The notes beneath the pieces are model-generated. The model was not told where the DNA came from, ran no database searches, and was given only the letters and a program-made list of their open reading frames with translations. A stretch of DNA of 62,407 bases, counting the filler, from Basidiobolus ranarum (taxonomy: Eukaryota), in NCBI GenBank assembly GCA_040143965.1. It is 26 parts of 26 records of this genome, joined end to end, with 100 filler letters (N's around TTAATTAATTAA, not from the genome) between each part and the next. Parts side by side here need not be neighbours in the genome. Positions count along the whole stretch, not along the records: positions 12,078 to 14,389 come from JASJQH010010365.1; positions 14,490 to 16,800 come from JASJQH010010366.1; positions 16,901 to 19,210 come from JASJQH010010367.1; positions 19,311 to 21,619 come from JASJQH010010368.1; positions 21,720 to 24,026 come from JASJQH010010369.1; positions 24,127 to 26,429 come from JASJQH010010370.1; 20 more parts are not named here. One strand, 5' to 3'. Numbering within the stretch: position 1 is the first letter of the stretch; each line of letters opens with the position of its first letter. The position numbers were made by a program, and so were the translations under genes. This document shows positions 11,978-25,445 of this stretch, piece after piece.

Positions 11978-13766
11978 NNNNNNNNNNNNNNNNNNNNNNN
12001 NNNNNNNNNNNNNNNNNNNNNTTAATTAATTAANNNNNNNNNNNNNNNNNNNNNNNNNNNNNNNNNNNNNNNNNNNNGTATAGTATTTTATAATCACCCT
12101 CTCCTTATATCACTGTACGATATATTGCTATTCGACGGGTTGGGATTTGTCGGTTCAATAGAAGGCATCTATGTAGGCATGTTTAAGCTATGAATTTAGA
12201 GTTTTCGTGAACTATTTCGGTTTGGTCTTACATGTAGCAAGCTTTTCATGATTTTTAGAGCTAATGGGTAACTTTGAGGTTGAAGGGTAGTTACTGTGAA
12301 ACTGTGCCTGTGACTCCAAATATTCTGATACTTTTAAAAACGCCTTACTCACACATTGGAAGGTTATCACTCCCTTTCTCTGCACTTTGAGAGCCTCTAC
12401 ACTCTTCAGATACTTGACAATAAAAAATCGATGAATACCATCTATAGTAAGTACTAGTATTTAATTCAAGTTTGGGTACCAACTATAATCTATACCTGGC
12501 TTCATTCCTTTCCCCAAGTCTGTTTATAGTATTTTGAGCTGTTCTCTATTATTGTTATCACTCTGGGGCCATTAGATAATTGAGTCTGTAAGGGTTACCT
12601 AAATCTTACAACTCATATTAAAGGTTATCGTCAAGAATGATATACTATCCGAAGCAAAACTTTATTTCATTCACCTGTAGTGGCAGCGTTCTTATAATTC
12701 ACTCTATCATGTGTATTGCTGCATCTCTAAGAAGAAACCGTGAAAGTCACCTTGTTTCATATGGACAAGAGAAAACTTGAGGTGTCATGTTTTGGGATCA
12801 ATATCGGATAAATTAGAACACTCTCAATATCGGCTTGATGTAGACCAATACTAAGTGTACTCAACGTCACTGTTAACACTACGGATATATAACAATTCGA
12901 GAATCTGAAGGGGTAGCAGATGGTTTGAGTTATTTTGATTCAATATCCAAGACATTAATATGTGAAGCTCTGCAATGTAGGTGCCTCTCATATGCACTCC
13001 ATATGGTTATGTAATCATTCGTTTCACTAATGCAGAAGTGGTGTGAAGAACATTTTTTTAATTACACAACCAGGAGCACAGCTATGATGGGCTCTATGGA
13101 TTGATAACGCATAAATGAGTGATATTGTTCAAGCAGTGTGATGGCTATCCGCTCGTCGTGACGTATCGAAGTTAGATAATTATCAACCAAAATCTGAACT
13201 CTCTTCAAGCTGTCTTTGAAGCTCTTGCTAAGCATTTCTAACAGCGGATATTCTGTAGTAGCATGTTGAAAAGTGTTGAAACTCCTATTGTATATTCGTA
13301 ATGTAAACTTCACCCTAACACTCTCAGTTGTAGCAATATCCTCGAGTCAACGAGGATTTGACTGGCTTTAATTTCTCGTTATATCCTTAAAATGATTCTT
13401 GTAATCTATTTCCATAATCTTACAATGCTATTTCAGTACCTACGGTGAAGTAGTCACGCTCGATGCTAGTGAAACATGGTTCTCACTCGTCAGAATACCG
13501 GGTCCACCGTACTGTCCTTTGAGGATTCTCAATGAAACCTATTTGATGTGTAAGTTGGAACTGTTAAATCACTATGCCCTCATCGATCATTTAATTCCAA
13601 GTAAATGTCATCTTTTTAATCTGCATAGTAAACCATTGGTAGGAAGTTGTAAGTGCCAAATATTCGAAAATACTATTTAACCCAGAAGGAGCCGTATTAG
13701 TTGTTCGAATTTAAATTCAAAGTTTGCCTCCTTCTTGTAGGAACTATACATACGTTTGAAATCTAA

Positions 13767-14389
13767 ATGCACTCTACCACTAATAACAATCACTCCATTA
13801 ATGTTAATGACAAGACCAAAATCGGCGTTTCTGGAGAGCTATTGTCTCCCAAATCGGGTACCCAACAAGAAAAAACCATCCGCCGAAAAGAGCACCTACT
13901 GGAGGTAAGCCAGGCATTACAAGAAGGACGATTACCTACAACAAACCAAATCAACCGAGGATTGAACAAACTCACTGAAAATAATAACTTTCACAGTATC
14001 GCTTCCAATATGAGTCCAGAAGGTAAAAGAATGATGGTAAATGCCGAGCGTCTACTGGAATCTACACAAGTATTACTCTCGGAGAAAAATAATAATGACC
14101 AGCTTCAAAACATCCTTTATCATAGTGGTCAAGCTGGTCAGATCATAAAGAATGGTGAGGATATTGAGGAAGCCAAAGGACAACTAGTAGAAGCTGGAGG
14201 AGAGGCAAAGAATATCGTCGTAGATGGGGCTGAGAATATTTCTCGTATAGCCTGGATGTTTGTTACTTCTTCTTAATTTCGTCGGTTAATTAACGATGTA
14301 ACAAATATCCTACAGGAAACAGTCACCTCCAGCATTCCTGGGCATCCTGGACAAAATGAAAACCCCACGATCAACTATCGCACCAGTGA
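13767..14389 (+). pseudogene. Fungal DUF4449-like protein, 5' part, with an in-frame stop
   Basis: ALQEGRLPTTNQI...MSPEGKR...EKNNNDQLQNILYH. The frame continues past the TAA at 14274 as FRRLINDVTNILQE, matching the family's (S/N)EFR(R/K)L(I/L)xD motif as recalled. Confidence 0.65.
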
Positions 14390-14489
14390 NNNNNNNNNNN
14401 NNNNNNNNNNNNNNNNNNNNNNNNNNNNNNNNNTTAATTAATTAANNNNNNNNNNNNNNNNNNNNNNNNNNNNNNNNNNNNNNNNNNNN

Positions 14490-15767
14490 TCTGATAGGAA
14501 AACCAGCAAACAAAATGACTCTGAATGTCAGAGCTGCCATCACTTGCTCTGTTGATGAGTGGTTTAACATTTTGGGAACTGTGTGGAATCTGGCCAAAAA
14601 ACACCTTGATTTGAGCCAATTGTGGAAAAACTAAAAACCAAGCATTACTCTGCAGGTTCTTGACTTATTTTACGTGGCTTATTCTGGGTTTTTGCAAGCA
14701 AATGGCAATTGGGCTAATATAAGCCTATTCATGAAACATCTCAAAAATGTATGAAATTATTGACTTAGAAAAGAAAGAAAAGCATCTAAAGAAGTACTGA
14801 AGGAGCCAGGGGTTAGTAAACTCAAGGGAGAAGCAAAGGAGCCAGTGAGTTTAGGCTCTATTGCCCACTTACCAAATTCTTCACACCATTATGAAGATCT
14901 GCATTTCCAGAGTCAGATATACTGGCAAAAAAGCTTAATTTCACCATGAAACCAGGTACACCAGTTGGAAGAGTACTAAATTCGGAAGTTTATTCAATAC
15001 CTGGCACCTCTCAATAAGCCAAAACACCAGCAAATAAAACTAATGGCTCTCCAACCTCAACTGGTACTTTTCAAGTGTTGAAATTAGTCCCAAAGGTAAA
15101 GGCAAGCAAAAAGCTGCACCAACACCACAAAGCACCCTCAGTAGTGTCACACTATAAAGACATACAAAAATAGTCAAAGTGCTTGAGGAGTATTTTCAAT
15201 AGTATGAAGGAAAAAACGTAGTGCAAGTATGCAGAAAGTAGATTCAGAAGAAGAATATTCAACTTGACACTCAGTCTGGTGTTGACTGTGCAGATATCTG
15301 GGAAGAACTTAATACAGAGTGACACAAGATTGTAGGGTGTATGCCAGATAGCTGGAAGAAAGTTGATTCAGCAATATAAGTACAATGGTGGGCTTTGATG
15401 GAGATATTTATAAAAACTTGTGTTGGGTATGAGCTAAACCTTGGGTATGAAGAACTCTATAAAATATTCAGGAGAATATATCAAAGAGACTAGGCATTTT
15501 GAAGGTGACAAATTAGCATTCAAGTGGTAATTGTGTAAAATTTGAGTTATGTTTTTTGCACATGTGTTAATCCGTACTTCTCTGAGATTGTAGCCAATCA
15601 TGTGCAACTATTTTGCAAAATCTTCAAATTTCATTCCCAAAACTGAAAAAATTGATTAAAATCAAATCTGACTTCACAACTTTATGATGGTAAGTAAATG
15701 GTCATTCCAAATGGATTAAAATTGTGGTGATTTTACTATGACAACAATCCTCCTATTTCTATTAGGG
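14490..15767 (+). mobile_element. CACTA-like element accessory ORF (degenerate) running into end A
   Basis: Homologous to 23432-24026, 39361-40800, 41327-42835 and 49421-50428. Ends ...CTATTAGGG. Confidence 0.8.
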
Positions 15768-16120
15768 CAATTGAGATCACAGGTAAGAAGGCAGAACTCT
15801 GCAGCATAAATTGATGCAGGCTTTGACCCTTGTTTAAGTGCATGGAGCTTGGTAGCTGAAGTTCTTTCCTTAACTGTATTTTCAAATATAGCTTCCAGTT
15901 CAGCAAGAAAGGCATGGAAGTTTGAAAGAAGTGGAGATTGACTTTCCATCAAGGGAGCCAACCAAGATGGAGCTGTTCCTGATAATAGTGCTCCCACTAA
16001 GCCTACTTTTGTTTGGTCAGAGGAGGTAGCAATGGGGATATAACTGGATTATATGCTTTACTTGGTTAATAACACCATGATAGTTTTGGCAAGCACCATC
16101 AAACTTATTTAGTAAGGAGA
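15768..16120 (-). mobile_element. Ty3/gypsy gag (retrotransposon gag / PEG10-like) fragment
   Basis: KFDG...KVGLVGALLSGTAPSW...LLSNFHAFLAELEAIF...KLHALKQGSKPASIYAAEF. Confidence 0.85.
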
Positions 16121-16414
16121 TCTTGAGTTCAGGAGTTGGATTTGCAGGATAGTTGGGTGGAGCTCAATTCTGTCCTTGGGCAAGAGAAGCACAATGTTCT
16201 TAATTTTCTTGCTGAAGCTGAGTAAGAGCTCACATGATATCTTCCATTGTAGGGCTGGTGTAGATATAATACTTACTATGTTGGGAGGGGGAAGTTTTAA
16301 AACCACAAGTTTCTCTACAACTGATGATCACAATGAAATGTCCAACTTTCTGTTGAAGAAAGGATTGGCATCTTGACAAGAATGCACTTAGAGTATTTAT
16401 CCAAAGATGGAAGG

Positions 16415-16800
16415 TATTGGGAAAATATGGGCTCTTTGGAGGAACTTTAGAAAAGTGGAGTAGTGAATAGCTTTGTGAGATAATTATTTATTGTTCAGAA
16501 ATAAAGCATTTATACTTTTTGGTAGAAATACAGAAAACTAACACTGGGGTTGTGTTCAGAACATATGTGGGAGTAAAATGAGCTATCTTTGGGTGAATTT
16601 GGACAAGTTTGAAATTTCCAATATGGAATTGCTAATTGTCACATTATTTACATATATATATATTATATGTTCCAATTTTCAGCTAAGTGTTATTTGACTA
16701 AGTCATGTTAACTAATTTATATGTGATATATGAAATAGTTAGGTGTATAAAGATAGAGATAACAAATATGATAAAGACTATAAACTTCAACACTCCCACT
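16415..16800 (-). mobile_element. Ty1/copia 3' LTR (family B, about 378 bp) with PPT
   Basis: Reverse complement of the 36984-37364 and 52690-52825 LTR. Preceded on the minus strand by AGTGGGAG. Confidence 0.85.
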
Positions 16801-17269
16801 NNNNNNNNNNNNNNNNNNNNNNNNNNNNNNNNNNNNNNNNNNNNTTAATTAATTAANNNNNNNNNNNNNNNNNNNNNNNNNNNNNNNNNNNNNNNNNNNN
16901 GCTCATTAGTGACATCCTGAATTTTATCGGGAAATTCTAAAGAGATTAAGGCAATTGTTTGTTTTCATACGGCTAGCATTAATCTAAATTGGCAACAACG
17001 TAGCCCACTCTTAACCTGCAATGAAAATCAAATCAGTAAATGATCGTTATGGTTGATTTTGGTTTCAAATTGATCACTGATGAACAATGATGAAGGATCC
17101 TCTACATCACCAGAGCTTCTTGCAACAACTATAGTGTAGAGTAGCTGTTCCCTAGTTCGTATCAAATCTGGTATTAAGATTTAGGAGTGTTTTCAGAAGT
17201 AGCAGTAAGATGTACTACAATAGATGGAAGTGTGTGTGTGTGATATCTATTTGTAGCAGGTCTATTTGT

Positions 17270-17928
17270 CAAACCTGAAATCAACTTGTTTAGGGACCGC
17301 TACTCGTTGAGTTACGCAGATCAACTAAGTGTGTCACCCTTTGTGTTTCTCTCACCCACTGTAAGTTCTAAAGACATGGTAAACCAACTCAGGAATATCA
17401 CGAAGACGCGGATGAATATGAATAAATACCAGAAGATCACTCATACTCATCAACAACTTATCACAAGTATGAAGACCTCTCGTAGTATCAGACGTCAATC
17501 CATAGTAAGCTTAAAACTCATAAAGCAAGTATCGAGAATGATTCACTGTACTCTGTCTATTGACTACCGTAACTTGGAAGATGCTAGTCGGTTCGATGGT
17601 ATATTAATGCTCACACGGGATATTCTAGATTCAGGATTTCTTCACAAGATTGATGGTAAGTACTGGAATTCAAAGCAGGTTTAATGCTCCAGAATATGTA
17701 TTAACAAGTAATATTTTAGAGCTAAGTCATGCACAAGACGCTCTCTTTGACTCGCTAAACATGCTCATCTCCGATTGGGAACTGGAAGATTATGATGCGG
17801 AAGATGTATTTGATCACATTCTGGCCACTGGATCCCAAGTTAAAATGTCTATTCCAGAGTGGGTCAGCTGGGATCAAGCCGAGGTAGATATGGAGATTGA
17901 ACTAAGTTTGTTTTCTAGAAATGTATAA
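17270..17928 (+). pseudogene. Degenerate member of an unidentified multicopy gene family
   Basis: Two ORF pieces with a GTAAGT donor-like site near 17656. Diverged second copies lie at about 18560-18650 and 18990-19210. Confidence 0.35.
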
Positions 17929-19449
17929 ATGATACTCTAGAATCCACTACTGTATATATGATAAACATCAGTGAGCAGCATTCTAATTCATTATTGTACT
18001 CCTCTAAATGCTGCAATAGTTCACAAGTGTCAGTGTTCTCTGTAACGATACAAGTTCAATCATCTTGGTCAGTACCTTTGTCGCAATGTTTTGATACTTT
18101 GTAGGGAGTTCACTTTCTTTTTTGCTATTCACCAGGTTGCTTATATTATTGTTAGAAGATTCCTTTCTCGTTTTTCATTCGTTTACCAATTGATTTGTCA
18201 ATAAATTTTTTCATTTGAATTGAAAACAAACATTAGCTCTGACTGCCTAGAAGCGTTCTTGCATCCCGAATATAGGGATCAAATTAATTTTACCATTATA
18301 TTGGTTCCACAGTACCATAAGGCGAACTAATTCTTCACGCCCTTTCCTTAATTGAACGAAAACTGTGGGTAGTTGGTAGCGAGTAACTCTGTGACTTTTA
18401 TCAACTCAATCATTTCTAATGGAACTACTTATAAGTCTACATGTGAATTCACTCAATCCAGTCTATAACGAGCAAAAGAGTTTAAACCAGAGCCAGTATA
18501 AGTTATCAAAGATTATGTACTTGTCCAGCAAAGGCAAGATATACGAATCTACTAATATTATCGCATTATCAACACCGATGTCTCATTCTCTGCCTAAGAG
18601 AGACCTAGCCTGAAAATTATAAAGCAAGTATCAAGATTGATTTATTGAAAAACTGGTTTTATAATGGCTTAGACACTCAAACTCTATATATAATATAGGA
18701 TTATGATTTAGATATGGCTATAGTTATGTTATATATTAGACTTAGGGATACTCTTCAACTACCAACCTAACCGAACGTCCAATAATCATAATAATAATAA
18801 ACAATAGAAGATGTTTTCAACTAGTAGAATCTCTTATATCGACTATATGTGGCAACCAGAAGTAAAATTACACCTAATCACAGTTAGTATCAAGTACGGT
18901 GCTACGATTTAGGAACGCTCCCATAAGATGGATTACAATGTAAAGATGTTTGGGTGAAAGACATAATTGTCGGAGGTTTTATGTATCGACCCTAAAATCA
19001 ACGCACTTAGGGACCGCTACCCTCTGGGTTACCCAAACTGACTCATTCAACTATCACTATCTTATGAGTTAGCCAGAGCAACTAACTGTGTCACCCTTTA
19101 CGTTTCTCTCTCACACCTCCAGTTCCAAATATATGACAAACTGGTCGAGGGATATGGCGAAGACAGATAAATCACTACCTTCATGAATATGCATAAATAC
19201 CAGTAGACTTNNNNNNNNNNNNNNNNNNNNNNNNNNNNNNNNNNNNNNNNNNNNTTAATTAATTAANNNNNNNNNNNNNNNNNNNNNNNNNNNNNNNNNN
19301 NNNNNNNNNNCCAATCCATGGACACAGAGTAAGTACCTTTATAATCGGACTAATTTGCTTGTGTGATAATCTGACGGTATTTTTAGGAAAGCTGCAAGAC
19401 AGACTTCTTGGTGAGATAGATAGAGATATGCAGTATTATCCAATTGAGT

Positions 19450-19552
19450 GTTATAGGAACTAGCCATGGTAATTGACTGATTATGCCAGATGGTGTGATA
19501 GCAGGCTGGATTCAGCGGCACATTCTAACCTGGTCCAATGGAACAAGTCTAC
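19450..19552. repeat. Dispersed repeat ending ATGGAACAAGTCTA, possible terminus of a hAT-like or MITE element
   Basis: Homologous copies at about 19880-19911, 40985-41097 and 53060-53162 all end at the same motif, which reads TAGACTTGTTCCAT on the minus strand. Confidence 0.55.
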
Positions 19553-19911
19553 TAGTTGTTGCATTACTTTTATCAGCAGTAGGATCAATACGCAGACTTA
19601 CTCAAAATTCACAGTGCAAGCTGCTAACTGATAACTATACCTTATATTGTATTATTCCTTTGGCTCTCTGGTGTGGATAAATTTTCTTTTTGTATTGAAG
19701 TCTTCTACATGGTTTCTTTGGCTGTCTATTTGGAGTATGTGAGCTTGCCTTGTTAGTAGGATTCATAGCAATGTTAGAGGGTCTTGCTGACTTGATAGGC
19801 TTAAGAGCTTCATGGAGCTATATCCTTTTGTGGCTCAAATGATCACAAAGCTTTAATTACAGGTATTGCCTTTATTCTGGCCTGCTGGCCCAGTCTGATG
19901 GAACAAGTCTA

Positions 19912-20318
19912 ATGTTGATTCAGCAATGGTAGTACAATGGTAGGCTTTGATGGAGATCTTGATATAAACTCATATTGGATATGAGCTAAACCTTTGCTAT
20001 GAAGAACTCTTTAAAATATTCAGGAGAATACATCAAAGAAACTTGGGATTTTAAAGGTGACAAATTGGCATTCCAGTGGTACATGTGTAAAATTTGAGTT
20101 ATGTTTTTTGCACACATGTTGATTCATAGTTACCTGAGATTGTAGCCAATCATGTGTGCCTATTTAATAAGATCTTGCAATTTACCCCTGAAACTGAAAA
20201 AATTGATTAAAATCAAGTCTAACTTGACAATTTATGATGGTAATTAAGCAGTCAATCCATAATTGATTAAAATTGTGATAGTTTTCCTAAAATAACAATC
20301 CCCAATTTTCTGTTAGAG
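19912..20318 (+). mobile_element. CACTA-like accessory ORF 3' end and end A
   Basis: Homologous to 15360-15767. Ends TTCTGTTAGAG. Confidence 0.8.
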
Positions 20319-20746
20319 AAATGATTAAAGAAGCCCTGCTATTATTGTTACAAATTCTAGTGCTACCATTTACAAGTTGGTTTCTGTACAAAACCACCAG
20401 CAGCACAAAGTTGTATAGTGATTGATAGCAACAAACACACAAAGATTGCTTTAGTCTTGACCACTGAGCCCATTGTCTGTGCTTTATATCTAAGTTTTGG
20501 TAACACCCTAACAAAGATAAAATTGCTGTGATCCAGTATAGTGGGATAGCATTGCTACGCACTGGCTGGTTGGCTTATTTCCACTCCAAGCTCATATCAC
20601 TGATATTGCACTAATTCTATTTTATTATTCATATTTGGCTTTCTCATATTTTCAAGCCAGTCATTTCACACCATTAGTGTTATCCCCTATTTTTTCCGAT
20701 TGATCAGTACTAAAACACATTAGCCCTATTATTTTCTGGGAAATTC

Positions 20747-20897
20747 TGTGAAAATTAGCTTTGCCTAAACACCTATATAGTTATATATAGCTTAGTACTT
20801 AGTTATCTTATGATTCACTAAGATATTATTCTCAATCCAAATTTACTTAGAATATTTTTACCAACTTAGAAGTACTCAGATATATTGATTTTTCAAA
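20747..20897 (+). mobile_element. Solo or partial copia LTR (family A)
   Basis: Reverse complement of 1-139 and 3533-3687. Confidence 0.75.
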
Positions 20898-21154
20898 CTT
20901 GCTCTAGAAACCACAAACTTTCCACACATGTTCCTGGGACCTTCCTTAACACATTCTACACATTGGTTTGTTTACTTCTTACAAAACTGTGAATGTCAAC
21001 TTTCTACTCAATAAATGAAAAGTGAAATCCACCAACTCCTTTAAGTCTCTAAACCACTTCCCACAGGCTCCTAAATACTTTAACAAATTATACATATATA
21101 CTAGGAGACAACTTATAGATCAACCTTCTACAGGAATTATACAGACAACTCATG

Positions 21155-21619
21155 CCCTAACAAAAAGAAAACCATTTTGATCCAGATTGGATCCACACTC
21201 CTGAATGAAGTGAAATAAAGTTATAGGCAAGCAAGCCTTTCCAACTATATATTTGTTTAGTGAGAAACCATCCAGCACCAATGCGAATGCATAATTGTTC
21301 ATGCAATGATAAGTAAAAACTATGAAGTTGCTATACAGGCCATGACAAGCAATAACACCACAATATCACAATTAATGCGGCATTCTGAAGCAACTGGTCA
21401 ACAGTTGGAGAGTCACCCAACAGTGATACAAGATCTTCAGAATGCTGTACATGAGCTACAGCAACATGCTTCCCCCTCCATCCATTCTCATACAGCATTT
21501 CAACCAATCCCACACCATACATATGAATGTTGCCTTGACAATCTAGCAGAGCAGAATATGTGTTGGACCATTAAGCCTACATAATGACCCAAAATTGCTT
21601 GGGCACATGAAAGTAGAAA
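21155..21619 (+). mobile_element. Mosaic of CACTA-like fragments (end B, transposase piece, 5' part of the accessory ORF)
   Basis: CCCTAACA end at 21155. 21230-21300 matches 6355-6425. ISKNYEVAIQAMTSNN matches the ORF at 40490-40795. Confidence 0.7.
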
Positions 21620-21719
21620 NNNNNNNNNNNNNNNNNNNNNNNNNNNNNNNNNNNNNNNNNNNNTTAATTAATTAANNNNNNNNNNNNNNNNNNNNNNNNN
21701 NNNNNNNNNNNNNNNNNNN

Positions 21720-23431
21720 CTAAGCATTGTGAAAGATGCAGCAGGGAATGTATTGAATACTGGCATAGGTTTGGTCTAGCTTCTTTAAACCTGTAATAAG
21801 GTTTTTCATATCTGACTACAAAATCTTCACACAGTTGCTTTATCTGCCTGAGATCTTCCAGTGTGAGTTGAAGCCATAAGAATACATTAACAATAACTGC
21901 AAACAACTCCCAATGTTACCAATACTTATCAGGCAGAAATCTTTTCAAGATTCCACCTAAGTATATATACAAATCCAATACTTCCAGTGTTTGTGTTTGA
22001 ATAAATGCCTAGATTAATGAGTAATGATGAAAGTCCTGGTAAAATATGATGGCATCTTAACATTTTCAAGCATCTTCCCAATCAAGCAGTGATCCTATCT
22101 CAAATGGCCAATTCATATTGAATTTTCCACTATCTAGCTGAGTAAGTAGTATTGGAATGTTGCTGAATAGTAAGTGCATAGTGCCTAATAGGAGGCTCTA
22201 GCTACAGCTGATCCCTTTTAGTAATACAATTTTAGGCTTATGGCTAATACAAAGTTTGTTGTTAGACTAACTATTTGGTGAATTGATGTCAGTAATCATG
22301 TTGAAATCTCACCAGGCTTTCATGGTAAAATCATGGAGTTTAGTTTTTTATTTATATAGTAGTAATGCATATGCCTGCTAGAGTAGACTCCATTGACTTG
22401 ACAAAATCTACAGCAAGATAGTGCATTGTGCCTGCAAAAACCTCCAAGTTTGCTGATGGAAGGAGTGTCCCCATTACATACAATGATATTAGCTTTAATC
22501 AAATATCCACCAATCTGAATCCAATTAGATAGTCATTTAAATTTGGCCATCAAAGGCTCCAAGAAGTTATCTATAAGCACTGGTGATTTAGGTCCAGATA
22601 TGATGGATAGTATCAAAATATTATGATCATTATACCATTCAGAAGGAGGAAGATTTAAGTTGATTATAATTATTGGCCAGCAAGCCTTTCCAATGGTAGA
22701 TTTGCTTAGTAAGAAACCATCCAGATCCAATACAAATGCACGATCATATGTTTTCTCAAAGAAACCTTGACTTTTCAGATTCTGGTAGTGATAGCCATCA
22801 AGTATATTGGTAATACCATCAGCTTTAAGGTGAGTACTTATGTATTGGATCAATGATCTATATTTGGGTGATTGCATCAAACCTTTGAGATGAGAAATCA
22901 ATGGTATGTAAGCCAAATAGCAATGATATTTACCTGATTCAGTGATTGCCAATTGTGTACAAACAGTACATGATTTCAGGTTTTTCAGATCACTGCTGAA
23001 AGCCAAACAACCATTTGGACATGAAGGTAGTTTAATTAATGAAGGATTATTAGTCATACAATTGACCAGTGTTTTCCACTTGCACCAGGTCTGTGGCAAG
23101 TAACATTTGCCAATCAATTGTGGTAAAAGTTTAAGAAAACCAATAAACACCTGGTTGCTAAGTTTGGATTAAACTCTCCACTCCTCAATAATCAAAGCTG
23201 CTTCCTTTTCTGAAAGTCTCATGAGTGGACTAATGCTTGCCAGTAACACAGGGTCCATAACAAAACAATCATCATCTTCTTTAACTTCTGATATATGATC
23301 ATCAGTACTGCAATAACCAAGGTCAACATCTAGCGGCATGTCCTCAAAGATGTATGGACTTACTGGTTTGGCCAAAGTTGCATTTCAATCTGCATCATTC
23401 TGGTCATATACCTGTGGCAAATCCATGGTAT
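21720..23431 (-). mobile_element. Degenerate CACTA/EnSpm transposase, second copy
   Basis: CPNGCLAF...CTVC, LDLDGF, CWPIIIINLNLPPSEWY, ISGPKSP and GDTPSISKLGGF motifs. Colinear with 5259-7110. Confidence 0.88.
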
Positions 23432-24026
23432 CCTTAACAAAAAATTGAGGATTGTTGTTGTAGGAAAACCATCACAATTTTAAGTGAGTTGGGATTGACC
23501 ATTTACTTACCATCATAAAATTGTCAAGTTAGATTTGATTTTAATCAGTTTCAGGAGTGAGATTTCAGGATCTTGCAAAATTGCTGCACATGATTGGCTA
23601 CCATCTCAGCAAACTATGGATCAATGCTTGTGCAAAAAACATGACTCAAATTTTACACATTTAACACTGGAATGCTAATTTGTCACATTTGAAATTCCTA
23701 GTTTCTTTGATATATTCACCTGAATATTTTTATATAGTTCTTCATACCCAAGGTGTAGCTGATATCCAAAACAAGTTTGTACCAATGTCTCCATCAAAGC
23801 CCACAATTGTATTAATGTTCCTGAATCAACATTCTTCCAGCTACCTTGCAGATACCCTGCATTATTATGCCACTCTATATTAAGTTCTTTGCAGATATCT
23901 GCACAGTCAATACCAGACTGAATGTCAAGTTGAATGTTATTTTTCTGAAGCCACTTTCTGCATACTTGCACTGCAGTTTTCCTTTCATACATTTGTAAAT
24001 ACTCCTCAAGTACCTTGCCTATATTC
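23432..24026 (-). mobile_element. CACTA-like end A plus accessory ORF C-terminus, nested in the transposase copy
   Basis: CCTTAACAAAAAATTGAGGATT begins exactly where homology to 7101-7110 breaks. Confidence 0.8.
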
Positions 24027-24126
24027 NNNNNNNNNNNNNNNNNNNNNNNNNNNNNNNNNNNNNNNNNNNNTTAATTAATTAANNNNNNNNNNNNNNNNNN
24101 NNNNNNNNNNNNNNNNNNNNNNNNNN

Positions 24127-25445
24127 ATACAAACGTTGGGTTTGGGAGGGAACTTAAAGGAGAATGAGTTAACGAGGTGGTAAAGAATTGCTAAAGACTA
24201 ATGACAGGTGATAATGAGCATGGTGACAGGAATAACGGGTGTGGCAAACAATTAAAGAAGAGTTTAGGTAGTGCCAGAGGCTACTGGAAAATTTAACGAG
24301 CAGTATGGGAAACACTTAAAAGAGAGTTTACGAAGTGCGAAAGACTACTAAAAAATGACAAAGGGTACTGTATCAAGAAATGATAGATATAGGAAACACC
24401 TGAAGGAGAGCCTATGCAGTGCGAGAGACTACTGGCAAATATCGAAGGGTATGGTGCCAAGAAACGACGGGTATGGAAAACACTTAAAGGAGAGCCGATA
24501 AAGTGCAGAAAAGAGACAAACGATACGGTGGGAAGAAACGTCGGGTATGGGAAATACTTCAAGTAAAGTCTAGGAAGTGCGTAACACTACTAACCAATGC
24601 TGAAATGTATCGTGCCAAGAAATGACGGGTTTAGAAAACACCAAACATTTAAAACGGGCTACAAATCGCTAAAGACTACTGATAAGTGACAAAGGATATG
24701 GTGCCAGGAAATCACTTAAAAGAGAGTCTTGGAGGCGCTAACGACTACTGACAAATTATAAGGGATATGATACCGAGAAACAATGGGTATAGAAAACTTC
24801 AAGGGGAGTCTACGAATGGGAAACATTTGCAGGAAATGATTGAAAACGACGAAGGGTATGGTGATAACAAACAACTGATAAAGAAAATACTTAAAAGAGA
24901 GTCTAGGCAGTGCTGAAGGCTACTGACAAGCGATAAAGGGTATGGTGCCAAGAAATGACAAGTAAGGATAATACTTAAATTACAGTCTACGAGCAGCTAA
25001 AGACCTATGAAAAAGACTTAAAAAAGAGTTCATGTAGTGCTAAAAACCACCGATTAGTTACAAAGAGTATGGTGACAACAATGAAGGGTATAGGGAACAC
25101 TTAAAGAAGAGTCTACGAAGTGGTAAAGACTACTGACCAGTGACAAAGGGTATGGTGAAAACCAACGGCAGGTATGGGAAACACAAATGAAAGAGTTTAC
25201 GAGTCTTAAGGACTGCTGACAAGTGACAAAGGGTATGGTGATAAAAACGCCCGGTAACGGGAAAGGCTCAAAGGAGAGTTTATAAAGTGCTAGACACTAC
25301 TGATAAGTGATGATGAGTACGGTGCCAAGAAATTACCGGCACGGGAAACACTTAAAGCACGTTTCATTCAGTGTTAAATACAACTGACAAGTGACGAAGG
25401 GTGTAGTGTCGAGATATAGCCATTACGAAATACTTAAAGTAGAGT
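24127..25445. repeat. Diverged tandem array with a unit of about 83-84 bp (about 15 copies)
   Basis: Approximate consensus gggtatggtgccaagaaacgacgggtatgggaaacacttaaaggagagtctacgaagtgctaaagactactgacaagtgacaaa. Unit starts at 24854/24938 and 25148/25231. Confidence 0.92.

Noticed and set aside
12078-13500. Possible decayed gene (83-aa ORF at 13062-13313)
   Set aside because: No recognisable motifs or consistent frame, so no call can be supported.
24127-25445. Possible CRISPR array
   Set aside because: The whole unit repeats with diffuse divergence. There are no unique spacers or cas genes, and the context is eukaryotic.
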